Shown here piece after piece: positions 18,319 to 27,992 of a DNA stretch of 64,000 bases. Position numbers and translations under genes: made by a program. Under the pieces are notes generated by a model. That model saw only the letters and a program-made list of their open reading frames with translations. It made no database searches and was not told the DNA's origin. Location of the stretch: the sequence record OR995200.1, one strand, 5' to 3'. How positions within the stretch are numbered: the first letter of the stretch is position 1; each line of letters starts with the position of its first letter. The stretch comes from Escherichia phage JY01.

Positions 18319-19638
18319 TCACACATAAAACACATCATAACGACCACGTGTTACACCAACATAAAGAAGCTGCTGAGCTAGTTCAGCATCTGCATAATGA
18401 ATACAAGGCGTATAAATGAAAGCACGGTCTACAGACATACCCTGGGCTTTATGGAATGTTGATGCAGGAAGTGCTTTCACTTTACTAAACTGTGATTTAG
18501 CATCCCAAAAATCACTCCACGGAGCCTTTCCGCCTTTATTCCAATTTTTATAAGTTTCTGCCGTTTTACCTAAAAACAGGTTAAACTTATATAGCTCTTC
18601 ATCAGATGAAATTATTTTAATCTTTTCACGATAATATTCATCATCGCCGTAAGTTTCTACTGTTAAATCCCAATGACGAATTAAGTATTCTCCAGGAACA
18701 CCACGAGCTTTAACAAACGTTGATGTATACTCTGCTTCTATAATACGAACTAATTGTCCGTTATTAAAAATAATTTCTGATACCGGTTTTCCGTCAATTT
18801 TATACGTTTTAATTAACGGTTCTTGCATTACAATAATTTCACCGACAATAAAATCTTTATCAGTTTCAAAAATCTTTTTACGAATAATGCTATTTAACTT
18901 GTCAACAGATTTATTCGTAAATGCCATTACGCGATTTTCAAACAAATCATCTAATGATTTTACGATTGAAAAATAATTTACCATAAAATCGCGTAAAGCG
19001 GTATCACCAGTAAATCCACGTACTCCATGCCCGTCAACAACTTTATCATAAATCCACTTACCGTTGCGAACATCAGTAGCTACATCAATAATAGGAGCAT
19101 TACTGCGTTTAACTTCAGTAAGTTCACACTGATAAAAATCTTTGTGTGTAAAGAATGGACTGATATAAGCAGTATTTTCTCCTGGATCAACAGGTCTAAT
19201 TTGCTTATTATCACCTATTCCAATTATAGTACACCACGGCGGGATAGTTGAAAGCAGAATTTTAAATAGCTTTCTATCATACATTGACACTTCATCGCAG
19301 ATTAATACTCTGCATTTAGCTAAATCTGGTACTTCTTTTTGTTCAAAAAGAACGTTTTCTTCATATGTTACCGGGTTAATTTTAAGAATGCTGTGAATAG
19401 TACTCGCTTCTTTCCCTGATAGTTTTGAAAGAATCTTTTTAGCTGCATGTGTAGGAGCTGCTAAAATAATACCAGTTTCACCCGTAGATATTAAAGCTTC
19501 AATGATGAATTTAGTAAGAGTAGTCTTACCGGTACCAGCAGGTCCATTAATAGTTACATGATGTTTCTTTTCTTTAATAGCCTTCATAACAATGTTAAAG
19601 GCATTTTTCTGGCCTTCGGTCAAATCATCAAATGTCAT
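18319..19638 (-). CDS. dda: Dda DNA helicase (SF1B)
   Basis: 439 aa as in T4 Dda. Walker A GPAGTGKTT. Confidence 0.9.
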   Translation of the reverse strand: MTFDDLTEGQKNAFNIVMKAIKEKKHHVTINGPAGTGKTTLTKFIIEALISTGETGIILAAPTHAAKKILSKLSGKEASTIHSILKINPVTYEENVLFEQKEVPDLAKCRVLICDEVSMYDRKLFKILLSTIPPWCTIIGIGDNKQIRPVDPGENTAYISPFFTHKDFYQCELTEVKRSNAPIIDVATDVRNGKWIYDKVVDGHGVRGFTGDTALRDFMVNYFSIVKSLDDLFENRVMAFTNKSVDKLNSIIRKKIFETDKDFIVGEIIVMQEPLIKTYKIDGKPVSEIIFNNGQLVRIIEAEYTSTFVKARGVPGEYLIRHWDLTVETYGDDEYYREKIKIISSDEELYKFNLFLGKTAETYKNWNKGGKAPWSDFWDAKSQFSKVKALPASTFHKAQGMSVDRAFIYTPCIHYADAELAQQLLYVGVTRGRYDVFYV

Positions 19639-19946
19639 CGGAAAGTCCCTGCAATTGGAATACTAACAATACGCCCAGTATCTAGAATTCGTTGATATAA
19701 TCTTTGTGTATCTACATCAGGCTTAACATGTTTAACTTCTATTTTATTAAACCAAAACTTGCGTGGAGTCTCAACTAGTCTTGGAATTCCCATACCTAAA
19801 GCTAGTTTATATTGGTCTTTGAGAGTAGTAAAAACTCTATCAGCAATCTCTCTTTCAAAAAACACAGCAGGACGATGTTCATCAAGTGGAACTGGCGCCG
19901 TAAATCCGTCTTTGTCTCGGTAAACTATCGCATATACATAAACCAT
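19635..19946 (-). CDS. Hypothetical protein (103 aa, dda.1 position)
   Basis: Stop overlaps the dda start. Confidence 0.45.
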   Translation of the reverse strand: MVYVYAIVYRDKDGFTAPVPLDEHRPAVFFEREIADRVFTTLKDQYKLALGMGIPRLVETPRKFWFNKIEVKHVKPDVDTQRLYQRILDTGRIVSIPIAGTFR

Positions 19947-19947
19947 A

Positions 19948-20694
19948 TTATCCTCGGATAAGTTTAAAAATTGAACAATTTAGCGGGTATCCTCTTTTCA
20001 GTTTAAGTTTATCAATAAAAGACAAGTTTTGATACCGCTCTACACCTTGAATAATTTTATCACACATGTCATATTGCATTTCTGCTTCTGACAACTTTTT
20101 CACAATTTTCCAATCCGAGCCTTTAAGAAGAACGTTCAGTTTAACAACTTCAGCGCCTTCTGCTATGCGAGAACCATCAATACGAGCTTTAAGTGCTATA
20201 ATCCTTAGCTTAATGTCAGAGGTCTGTTTTGATTTAGAAAGCTGAGAAATGTGTTCAATTCGATTTTCACGCTTTTTCTGTATAGCTTTAATTTGATTAT
20301 AAGTCTTTTTGATTTTAGCCCATTTCTTTTCATCTAAATTTAGTTTATGAACTTTTTTCGCAGATGAACGACCAATTCGCAAAGCAAATAAATCCCGTTT
20401 TTCAATCAACTCTTCTAAAGTATAATCAGAACGAAATGTATTATACTTTTTCTTTACTGCAATAACGTTCCCTTTAATGTATCCAATGTTATTATCAAAA
20501 CGTTCTAATGATAATTTCTCTCCTTCAATACGATTATCAAAAGGTTCTCCCGAGTAAGCACAAACTTTTTGATCTAAAATGTTCTTAATGTAATTGAAGT
20601 CTAAGTTAAAATCTTTAGAACGTCTTTTTGCAGATGCCTGAGTGTGCTCTAAACGACGTTTAATTTTACGAATTTGATTATTAGACAGTTTCAT
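19948..20694 (-). CDS. Basic 248-aa protein at the srd position
   Basis: Size and position between modA and dda match T4 Srd. Contains CAYSGEPFD...LSLERFDNNIGYIKGNVIAV, which resembles a degenerate HNH-like segment. Identity unverified. Confidence 0.45.
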   Translation of the reverse strand: MKLSNNQIRKIKRRLEHTQASAKRRSKDFNLDFNYIKNILDQKVCAYSGEPFDNRIEGEKLSLERFDNNIGYIKGNVIAVKKKYNTFRSDYTLEELIEKRDLFALRIGRSSAKKVHKLNLDEKKWAKIKKTYNQIKAIQKKRENRIEHISQLSKSKQTSDIKLRIIALKARIDGSRIAEGAEVVKLNVLLKGSDWKIVKKLSEAEMQYDMCDKIIQGVERYQNLSFIDKLKLKRGYPLNCSIFKLIRG

Positions 20695-20723
20695 ATTTTT
20701 CTCACATCTTACGGACGATTGAC

Positions 20724-20760
20724 TACTATACTATAACATTTTTACCTTAACTTGTAAACA
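20724..20760 (-). promoter_or_regulatory. Early promoter
   Basis: GTTTAC, 17 nt, GTTATAGTATAG on the minus strand, upstream of the srd-position gene. Confidence 0.45.
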
Positions 20761-20815
20761 ACTTTATGAAAAATGCTTTAAAACTTTCATGGTATAATGA
20801 ATCTAAGTCCTTCCA

Positions 20816-21418
20816 TTATAGATTAAATCCTTCAAAATCAAGAGTATAGATAGTGTATGTTGAATACTTTTTATACTCATATCTATCTGCAATTCTAAAT
20901 ACACTTCCAGCTGGTATCATTACTTCTTGTTCATCTGAAACTAATTCCATATTACGATAACGATGGCTATCCGGAAACTTAAAGTTTGGATTGTATTCTT
21001 TACAACGTAGAGCTTTTATAGCATACTCCTGGAAATTGAATACCATAGGAGCTTTGAATTCAAAAATAACCTGTGTGTTATACTCTAAACCGGAAGCAAA
21101 ATGTAGAGCTATATTTTTATCATATGAAGCTGATACGACTTTATCAAATGTAATAATATCAATTCCTTGATTTAACACCTGCTTAGTCTCAATTGGAACA
21201 CCTCTCCAAAGAGGTTTATCGTTTGGAACCAAACGAGATTTAATTATTTCATTTAACCAAGTATGGTCATCTGGTTTGTTGGTAATACAATGAATTAAAA
21301 GTTCAATTTCAGATAAATTAAACCCTTCAGAAAGTAATTCTTCACGAATAGAAGCACGCACCGATGCATCCATTGATTTTATTTTAAAATCTTTTAGTTG
21401 CATTACTGAGTATTTCAT
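20816..21418 (-). CDS. modA: ADP-ribosyltransferase ModA candidate
   Basis: 200 aa, same as T4 ModA. Paralogous to the adjacent 207-aa gene; both show an R...S...E-type ART pattern. Confidence 0.6.
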   Translation of the reverse strand: MKYSVMQLKDFKIKSMDASVRASIREELLSEGFNLSEIELLIHCITNKPDDHTWLNEIIKSRLVPNDKPLWRGVPIETKQVLNQGIDIITFDKVVSASYDKNIALHFASGLEYNTQVIFEFKAPMVFNFQEYAIKALRCKEYNPNFKFPDSHRYRNMELVSDEQEVMIPAGSVFRIADRYEYKKYSTYTIYTLDFEGFNL

Positions 21419-22038
21419 TCAACTACCTCAATATCATAAACTTTAAATGTTCCAAATGAATCGTGTAATTTTTCTTTTGAAATAGAAGTTATTTTATACT
21501 TTCCAATTGGAATCATCCATTCTTGTTCACGCACAATCATCATTAAGTTATCAGTTCTTTCTGAATCTAACCCGTCAGTATCTTCATACGTGTACTTAAA
21601 CTCAGTATTAGGAGAAGAAAGTATAATATCGCTGATATGGTCAGAATAATTAAAAGCTTTATCAGTTTTTAAGCGAAAAATTATTTCAGTGAAATACTCA
21701 AAATAAGAAAAACCACATGCTGTGTGCAAACTAGTAGTAAATGAATCTACCCTGTTCGTTGAAAACACTTCTCCAACTTGTAAATCTTTAATAAGTTCTT
21801 TTGTCGATTTTGATATACCACGATATAATTGATAAGGCGATTTAGTTAAATGCTTTTTAATGATTTTATTCAATTGCCGATGAAGAGCTTCATTCTTTTT
21901 GGCTTCCATACATTGCCAAAGAACAGACTGCTCAAAGTCAGTAAATTTTTCACAGACTTTTTTATACATATCATATTGAAAATCAACGCTTTCAGCTTTT
22001 ATAGATAACTGTTCAACATCTGCAAGATTAATAATCAT
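21415..22038 (-). CDS. modB: ADP-ribosyltransferase ModB candidate
   Basis: 207 aa, same as T4 ModB. Tandem with modA, 4-nt overlap. Confidence 0.6.
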   Translation of the reverse strand: MIINLADVEQLSIKAESVDFQYDMYKKVCEKFTDFEQSVLWQCMEAKKNEALHRQLNKIIKKHLTKSPYQLYRGISKSTKELIKDLQVGEVFSTNRVDSFTTSLHTACGFSYFEYFTEIIFRLKTDKAFNYSDHISDIILSSPNTEFKYTYEDTDGLDSERTDNLMMIVREQEWMIPIGKYKITSISKEKLHDSFGTFKVYDIEVVE

Positions 22039-22061
22039 GATAGCCTCCGTATACTTCAGAA

Positions 22062-22096
22062 GCTATCATATCATCGTTAGAAAGGAAAGTAAACAA
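22062..22096 (-). promoter_or_regulatory. Early promoter
   Basis: GTTTAC and a TATGATA -10-like element on the minus strand, upstream of modB. Confidence 0.4.
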
Positions 22097-22105
22097 CTTT
22101 TTGAA

Positions 22106-22288
22106 TTATTTTGCCCAGGGAGCCCAAGGCGGAGGGTCAAGATGGTATGAAGCTAGTTCTTCTAGAAGAGCATCTGGGGCTTCAATTCCATAATTCTGTA
22201 ATACTATACGGTATTCTTTCTTATAATCACTAGAATCATTCTGGATATTCGTAGAATGATTATCTTCTAACATCTCAAATAAATCCAT
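22106..22288 (-). CDS. Hypothetical protein (60 aa)
   Basis: Acidic small ORF upstream of modB. Confidence 0.35.
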   Translation of the reverse strand: MDLFEMLEDNHSTNIQNDSSDYKKEYRIVLQNYGIEAPDALLEELASYHLDPPPWAPWAK

Positions 22289-22296
22289 ACTAATTC

Positions 22297-22767
22297 CTAG
22301 CGATAAAAACCAAAGTAACGATTAGCTTCAATAATCTTTCTTTCTTCTTCGGACATTCTCCAGCGTAGTCCAACATCAAAATGAGCCCAGACCATCTTAA
22401 CAAATGCATTTATATCTTTAATATCTTCAATAATGAATGTTTTACTTTTAGAAGGTTGACTCGCTAATTTAACTTTATCGTCTTCAAACATGTCAAAAAG
22501 ACCATATTCATGAGCTCTTTTATAGCCTTTAATAGTTAAAGCTTCAGAAGAAGAAAACGGTGAATCAGTATTCTGCAAAATATCTTCAGTATGCTTTATA
22601 ATTAGAATAACATTTTCTGGATATTTTCTTTCTTTTATATCTTTAATTAAAATATCCGGATTTTCTGCTAAAGGAATAATTAATGAGCACTTTTTATCAA
22701 GTGTATTTACTGATTTACCTTCTTTGGACATAAATTCTATTGAATAATGTTTTGCTACTTCAATCAT
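22297..22767 (-). CDS. Hypothetical protein (156 aa)
   Basis: ORF in the modB-soc interval (T4 mrh region). Confidence 0.45.
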   Translation of the reverse strand: MIEVAKHYSIEFMSKEGKSVNTLDKKCSLIIPLAENPDILIKDIKERKYPENVILIIKHTEDILQNTDSPFSSSEALTIKGYKRAHEYGLFDMFEDDKVKLASQPSKSKTFIIEDIKDINAFVKMVWAHFDVGLRWRMSEEERKIIEANRYFGFYR

Positions 22768-22920
22768 GTGATTTCCTTTTGCCTACTAATGGACCGTCAG
22801 GAATTTTATTTTCCTGAATGTATTTTTCATTTTCTTCCATCATTTTACTGCCAATTTTAAGAAGCAAATCCAAAGCTTCATTTGCTTTAGCCTTTGCCTC
22901 TTCTAACGTCATATCTTTGG

Positions 22921-23124
22921 TCATGATTTATCACCATAGATGTCTCTCATCAATTTAAGCGCTGAGCGTTCTAATTTCTTTTCTTTCTCAGCACTAATCA
23001 TTGATTTCATCCATTCTTCTGACTCGTTCTGCATTTCTTTATTTGCTTGTTCAACCCAACCATCATCAATATACATTGAGTTTGGTCTATTGAACCATTC
23101 AAGCATTTTCTTTAGGACTTTCAT
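22921..23124 (-). CDS. Hypothetical protein (67 aa)
   Basis: Charged helical ORF. Confidence 0.35.
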   Translation of the reverse strand: MKVLKKMLEWFNRPNSMYIDDGWVEQANKEMQNESEEWMKSMISAEKEKKLERSALKLMRDIYGDKS

Positions 23125-23605
23125 TCATTTTACCTAAAACAATAGTAGGAGCATCGTCAAATTTATGAATTTTTAGCAAATTTGGAGTTAATTTATTCCA
23201 TAAAGAAGTAATAAAATATGATAGCGCAATTTCTTCCGCAATTATGAATTTATTTCCCTTATCTCCCTTATCTATTTTCCAGTCATGTACTGAATCATAT
23301 GAATAGAAGGACAACGGTTTATTGTTATAAAATGCTTCACCAGCATCAATATAGTTAGATTTAGTAAATGCTTGAATTGACGTAAATGGAGAATTTTGTA
23401 CAGTTTCAATAATTCCGATCTTTTTAAGTTTTATTTCAACATCTTCTGGAACTGGCATTGAAATAAAATCTTCTACTAGATACATGCTATTGTCATATCT
23501 TTTGTCAATCATTACTGCTACAGTAATTGGAACATCCTTGACAAACACCGTACTAATACTATTGATAAACATTTCAAACAAAATTGCTTCCATAATTTTC
23601 CTCAA
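23099..23605 (-). CDS. Hypothetical protein (168 aa)
   Basis: ORF in the modB-soc interval. Confidence 0.45.
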   Translation of the reverse strand: MRKIMEAILFEMFINSISTVFVKDVPITVAVMIDKRYDNSMYLVEDFISMPVPEDVEIKLKKIGIIETVQNSPFTSIQAFTKSNYIDAGEAFYNNKPLSFYSYDSVHDWKIDKGDKGNKFIIAEEIALSYFITSLWNKLTPNLLKIHKFDDAPTIVLGKMNESPKENA

Positions 23606-23940
23606 TCACAGGATGTAGATGAACAACTAGAATCACAAGAACTTCCACATGAATCGCCCGTCCATACATGAACAGGAACATTAGTATCATATGAATCAGA
23701 ACTAGACTGTGTATTCTGTGTGTTAGATGATGTAGGTACTGACCAGCGCCAAGGATTTTTATAATATTCTTGGGCTTCTTCATAAGTCATAGTAACTTCT
23801 TCAACTGTTCCATCTCCCATATAAACATACTCAACTACAGTTAAAGGAAGGTAGTCATTTGAAATAGGAACTACACCTTCTCCCGGAGTTGTAGAGAAAA
23901 AATCTGTAAAGAAATTTTTAAACCAATTAAAGATAAACAT
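23602..23940 (-). CDS. Hypothetical protein with Cys/Ser-rich C-terminal tail
   Basis: 112 aa ending [18 protein letters not shown], with an S/T/Q-rich linker. Confidence 0.45.
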   Translation of the reverse strand: MFIFNWFKNFFTDFFSTTPGEGVVPISNDYLPLTVVEYVYMGDGTVEEVTMTYEEAQEYYKNPWRWSVPTSSNTQNTQSSSDSYDTNVPVHVWTGDSCGSSCDSSCSSTSCD

Positions 23941-24146
23941 TACAAAAAGCCTCTTTTGAATTCGACTTGCTTCTCACCATAATCATACCTAATCTCTGCA
24001 TTAAATTCAACAGAACCATCTGCGTACATCATAAATGAATGCACAACAACTTCTGTAGACCATGGCTGCAGTTCATATTTCTTCATTACATGTCGTGAAA
24101 TGATAATATCTAAATCTTCATTTGGTTTAATCCAACGATTTAACAT
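23940..24146 (-). CDS. Hypothetical protein (68 aa)
   Basis: ORF just upstream of the soc terminator region. Confidence 0.4.
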   Translation of the reverse strand: MLNRWIKPNEDLDIIISRHVMKKYELQPWSTEVVVHSFMMYADGSVEFNAEIRYDYGEKQVEFKRGFL

Positions 24147-24216
24147 AGTGCTCTCCTCTATAAGATAATTCTATTATACCATACTCATTTTGATATGTAA
24201 ACCGGTAAAATGAAAA

Positions 24217-24240
24217 AAGGAACCCCGAAGGATTCCTTAA
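24217..24240 (-). terminator. Rho-independent terminator downstream of soc
   Basis: AGGAATCCTTCGGGGTTCCT hairpin followed by TTTTTCATTTT on the minus strand. Confidence 0.55.
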
Positions 24241-24244
24241 ATTA

Positions 24245-24481
24245 TTAACCACCTATTTCTGTAGGTGTAAACATCGCAGCATTCTTAGTTTTCCAGTCAG
24301 CTGCATCAGAAACTACAGTAGAATATGCCGCCTTTTCAGAAGGAAAGGTCTGATAATGAGAATCTGCAATACGATGCTCGTTAGAATAGATTTCAAATGG
24401 AACAGAAACTTCCATACCTTTAACTTCTTTGCCTTCACCTGCTGGATGAGTAAAGGTCTTGATGTTAACGAAACCACCCAT
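24245..24481 (-). CDS. soc: Small outer capsid protein Soc
   Basis: 78 aa, FVNIKTF...HYQTFPSEKAAYSTV matches recalled T4 Soc motifs but is diverged from it. Confidence 0.8.
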   Translation of the reverse strand: MGGFVNIKTFTHPAGEGKEVKGMEVSVPFEIYSNEHRIADSHYQTFPSEKAAYSTVVSDAADWKTKNAAMFTPTEIGG

Positions 24482-24512
24482 AATAAACTCCTTTATTGTT
24501 TAATTACAGGTG

Positions 24513-24520
24513 TATTTATA
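24513..24520 (-). promoter_or_regulatory. Late promoter (TATAAATA) for soc
   Basis: Exact TATAAATA on the minus strand about 30 nt upstream of the soc ATG, with an AAGGAG Shine-Dalgarno. Confidence 0.5.
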
Positions 24521-24522
24521 AC

Positions 24523-24663
24523 TTATAATTTAGCGGCTTTCCAGAGTTGTTCAATAATCTCTTGGTCTATTTCTTTAGTTATTTCATTACGTAATAAAGC
24601 AGTAAGGGCTTTCGCCCTTTTCTTATTCAACTTTTTGAGTTGACGTTTATTTAAACGAGACAT
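24523..24663 (-). CDS. Small basic protein (about 46 aa, not in ORF track)
   Basis: MSRLNKRQLKKLNKKRAKALTALLRNEITKEIDQ... ATG overlaps the gene 56 stop (TAATG). Confidence 0.3.
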   Translation of the reverse strand: MSRLNKRQLKKLNKKRAKALTALLRNEITKEIDQEIIEQLWKAAKL

Positions 24664-25181
24664 TAATAACCTCGGTCTTGACGTGCGAAATTTTCAGCAT
24701 TTTTCAGGTAATAAAGTTTAAAGATTTCTTCTGCTGTAAGACCAAGACCTTGGAACATATTCAGAACGAAATGGAGAATATCAATCATTTCAAATTTAAT
24801 TTCCAGTTGGTCTTGTGGAGACAAATCAGTAATCAGAGTTTCACGACGTTCACCATGCTGCGACTTCCAAGGTTTCCATACAGCAGATGCATCTTTTTCA
24901 CCATTGCTCATACCACCAAGAGAAGTCAGAAGTTCGCGGAATTCATCATCAATATAATCTTTCTGATTACGCATCCAATCAACAACTTCACCTGCAGTAG
25001 CCAAATCATCAGGATGACGGTTATATTCAGGTTTATCTTTAGCTAAACGAACCTGTAAAGATTTCTGCATATCAAGCATAACTTGCAGCGGGTCTTTTTC
25101 ATCACCGAGAATATCCCAATATTCATTTTGAGCTTTATCAGCGCCTTCAATCAGTTGTGAACATTCGTTAAAGTAAGCCAT
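24663..25181 (-). CDS. 56: dCTP pyrophosphatase (MazG-like)
   Basis: Track ORF trimmed to the ATG with AAGGAAA Shine-Dalgarno, giving about 172 aa versus 171 in T4 gp56. Confidence 0.8.
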   Translation of the reverse strand: MAYFNECSQLIEGADKAQNEYWDILGDEKDPLQVMLDMQKSLQVRLAKDKPEYNRHPDDLATAGEVVDWMRNQKDYIDDEFRELLTSLGGMSNGEKDASAVWKPWKSQHGERRETLITDLSPQDQLEIKFEMIDILHFVLNMFQGLGLTAEEIFKLYYLKNAENFARQDRGY

Positions 25182-25252
25182 TATTTTTCCTTTCAATTCA
25201 TGGGTTAGTAGATTAATTATACAATAAATATATAAAGCAATAAGGAGGACAT

Positions 25253-25453
25253 ATGGTACAAAAATTAATGGCACTTGTTAATGCCATCAAAGGTAATAAG
25301 AAACGTATAGCTTTTACTATTTCTGCTATGGTAGGAATTTTACTCTGGAACTTTATTTTATCACCAATTGCAATTGCACATGGTGTTAATATTCCAGTAG
25401 TTACTCTTGATACATTTGTAGATTTAGCATTTGCTTTAGTTGGGTTAATTTAA
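25253..25453 (+). CDS. Small hydrophobic protein on the plus strand (66 aa)
   Basis: Strong AAGGAGG Shine-Dalgarno 5 nt before the ATG. Two predicted transmembrane segments. Convergent with and overlapping the primase stop. Confidence 0.55.
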   Translation: MVQKLMALVNAIKGNKKRIAFTISAMVGILLWNFILSPIAIAHGVNIPVVTLDTFVDLAFALVGLI

Positions 25454-26478
25454 ATCTTAGCATATTTAGATAACCGCATTTTAGCCATCAACCCCTGGGC
25501 AATATTATTTTTCATATATTCCATAATTTGTTCAGGGGTTGCACCTTCCTTTCTAATCATATCATTAACATCTTTTGATTTCCAGGGAGATTTATCCCAA
25601 AACATAACCCTTTCTCCTGCATCAACTAATTTAGTCATTCGCTTAATAGTGTCAGGATGACGAGGTTCATTATCTAAGACCCACACACGCCTATCTTTAA
25701 ATGGAACAACTTCTAGGTCTAATTGACCACCCGTAATAGCTATACCATTTTCAATAAAAAGTGAATCTATAGGTCCTTCTAAAACATATACATCACCATC
25801 TTTAACTCGTTCGACTCCATATATTTTTGTTGCCTCAGGATAAGCTTTGATGGTGATATATTTTTGAGGAGCATCTTTCTTTAATGCACGCCCTTGAAAC
25901 GACTCGGCTTTTCCATTAGCATTATAAATTGGAATAACAAGACGAGGCTCAGAAATTTCCTTTTTGTATGTTCCCGGTGCTATGCTATTAACTAATTTAG
26001 GCCATTCGGTTGTAAACCAAAGATATTTCCATTTATCCTTTGGAATACAACGAGCTTTTACATATTTTATAATTGGATGGTCTTCCACCAGTTTATCTAA
26101 TCTAACACATGACTGAAGAGATTTAATTATTTTCTTCTCAGGATGTTTAGGAAGTTCTTTAGGTTTTTCTACTGGACGACTTTTACCTTTTTCTTTTCTT
26201 ATTTCAAAGATATACTCACGATATAAATCAGGTTCAAACTCCTTTAAATATATTCCGATTGGTGCATGATAGTTACAGTTATAACAATGAATATTTCCTT
26301 CATTATTATCACCGTAATACCATCCACGGGCTTTATTCTGGTCGGTTTTTGAATCTCCACAAACAGGGCATCTAAACCGTAATTTAAAAGTTGAACTATT
26401 ATTTACTTGTGTGAATTTAGGTAAATGAGCTAATGCACGATACGCAAACTCATTATCAATCCAAGGTATTGATGACAT
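25450..26478 (-). CDS. 61: DNA primase
   Basis: 342 aa as in T4 gp61. N-terminal zinc ribbon CPVCGDSK...CYNC. Confidence 0.9.
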   Translation of the reverse strand: MSSIPWIDNEFAYRALAHLPKFTQVNNSSTFKLRFRCPVCGDSKTDQNKARGWYYGDNNEGNIHCYNCNYHAPIGIYLKEFEPDLYREYIFEIRKEKGKSRPVEKPKELPKHPEKKIIKSLQSCVRLDKLVEDHPIIKYVKARCIPKDKWKYLWFTTEWPKLVNSIAPGTYKKEISEPRLVIPIYNANGKAESFQGRALKKDAPQKYITIKAYPEATKIYGVERVKDGDVYVLEGPIDSLFIENGIAITGGQLDLEVVPFKDRRVWVLDNEPRHPDTIKRMTKLVDAGERVMFWDKSPWKSKDVNDMIRKEGATPEQIMEYMKNNIAQGLMAKMRLSKYAKI

Positions 26479-26480
26479 TT

Positions 26481-26645
26481 TTACTCTTCTTTTTCTTTAG
26501 ATTCCTCTTTTTTCTTTTTAGGAATCTGTTCAGGACCTTTATTTACTACAGCGCCCGACGTTGTTCCAGTAGAGATATTTTCAGGATTACCACCTGAATC
26601 TCCAGCTACCATATCTTCTTTAATAAATTCTTTATATGTTTTCAT
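26481..26645 (-). CDS. Small hypothetical protein (54 aa, not in ORF track)
   Basis: MKTYKEFIKEDMVAGDSGGNPENISTGTTSGAVVNKGPEQIPKKKKEE... AGAGGT Shine-Dalgarno. Fills the gap before the primase gene. Confidence 0.35.
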   Translation of the reverse strand: MKTYKEFIKEDMVAGDSGGNPENISTGTTSGAVVNKGPEQIPKKKKEESKEKEE

Positions 26646-26646
26646 A

Positions 26647-27003
26647 TTAACCTCTATTCATAAAAGCATTAAAAATTTGGTCATCAATAGATGGAATAGC
26701 AACCTTTTCGGCATCATTTAGCAAATCATTAATTTCATCAGATAGCATAACACATGTGCCTTTATTTCCTGTAATTGTTACTGCGCAATTACGAACGTTT
26801 TCTTTATCAAATTTTAGGTTAATATTTTCGTAGTGAAAATCCTTTAATGCCGAATATATCTTTAAAATGAAATTGTCTTTTACTACAATAAACCCAACCT
26901 CACTATTAAAACGTGGTTCATGGAAACTGTAATAAACCTTTTCATCTATAAAATCGTATGAAATTTTTTCCATTTTTAAATATGAAAATTCAGAACTATA
27001 CAT
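26647..27003 (-). CDS. Hypothetical protein (118 aa), paralogous tail with the next gene
   Basis: C-terminus SIDDQIFNAFMNRG. The 3' coding DNA is repeated at 27001-27045. Confidence 0.5.
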   Translation of the reverse strand: MYSSEFSYLKMEKISYDFIDEKVYYSFHEPRFNSEVGFIVVKDNFILKIYSALKDFHYENINLKFDKENVRNCAVTITGNKGTCVMLSDEINDLLNDAEKVAIPSIDDQIFNAFMNRG

Positions 27004-27004
27004 A

Positions 27005-27646
27005 TTAACCTTTATTCATAAAAGCATTAAAAATTTGATCGTCAATAGAAACTTTTACTTTAGGCTGTTCTTCAAACGGTAATTCATATCCACATATTAC
27101 AATTTTGTGATCAATATCAAAATACACAGAAGAAATATGATTAATGATGTTTTCAGTAAAGTCTAAATCAACATCAATATCTTTTTGACCACAGCCCAAA
27201 GGATAAATAATGCGAGTAATTCGATTATCTTTAACAAATATTCCACCGACATACTCTGTGCTGCGTTTAAAGTTTACACGTTTCCTAAATGAAAAATATT
27301 CAGGCTCTCTATGAGCTCGGCTCATAGGACACAACGAGTAACTAGAATAAGAGATGTCAAATCCTACACCTTCAATATGAGCCAACGCGTCATGATTAAA
27401 CCAATTATAATCGTACGCCAAATCCATTATATTGTAATATGTGAAAGGCACCGGATTAACATCATGCGTTGTACCTTTAAAATCTGCCCAGGCAACGATT
27501 TCGTTATCTTTAACAATTACAAAAATTGTGCCAATAAGATATCCACGGTTATTTTCATCAGGCGTTATATTATAACATTGTGCACCAGGAAATTTACCGT
27601 ATTTAAACGGTGGATTTTTGTGCATATAATAAATCATATTATTCAC
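27005..27646 (-). CDS. Hypothetical protein (213 aa)
   Basis: C-terminus SIDDQIFNAFMNKG, shared with the downstream 118-aa gene. Confidence 0.5.
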   Translation of the reverse strand: MNNMIYYMHKNPPFKYGKFPGAQCYNITPDENNRGYLIGTIFVIVKDNEIVAWADFKGTTHDVNPVPFTYYNIMDLAYDYNWFNHDALAHIEGVGFDISYSSYSLCPMSRAHREPEYFSFRKRVNFKRSTEYVGGIFVKDNRITRIIYPLGCGQKDIDVDLDFTENIINHISSVYFDIDHKIVICGYELPFEEQPKVKVSIDDQIFNAFMNKG

Positions 27647-27932
27647 CTGTGATTTCGGTTACGATATCTTTGTTATTAAAGTTTTTATCGCAATACAAAA
27701 CATAATTATACTGCATTACACCACCAGACTTAAGCTGTTTTTGCACTTCAGCTTTCATTTCAGGACGATCGCGCTCAACAATATTCATAATATCCGCTTC
27801 AATTTGAGTTTCAACTTCAGTCTGATCCGCAGTCATAGACCATTCACACAAATCTTTATCATAACCTGCCATAGCAGGCTGAGCAGCACAAGAAGCTAAA
27901 GCAAAAATTGTAGCAAAAATAAATTTTTTCAT
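27639..27932 (-). CDS. sp: Spackle (periplasmic superinfection-exclusion protein)
   Basis: 97 aa with a cleavable signal peptide (MKKFIFATIFALASCAAQPAMA), in the 61-41 interval, matching T4 Sp in length and position. Confidence 0.7.
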   Translation of the reverse strand: MKKFIFATIFALASCAAQPAMAGYDKDLCEWSMTADQTEVETQIEADIMNIVERDRPEMKAEVQKQLKSGGVMQYNYVLYCDKNFNNKDIVTEITGE

Positions 27933-27992
27933 GATAATCTCCTCAGTAGTTTATGTTTATATAGTATCTCAATTTCCAACAAAAGTAAATAG

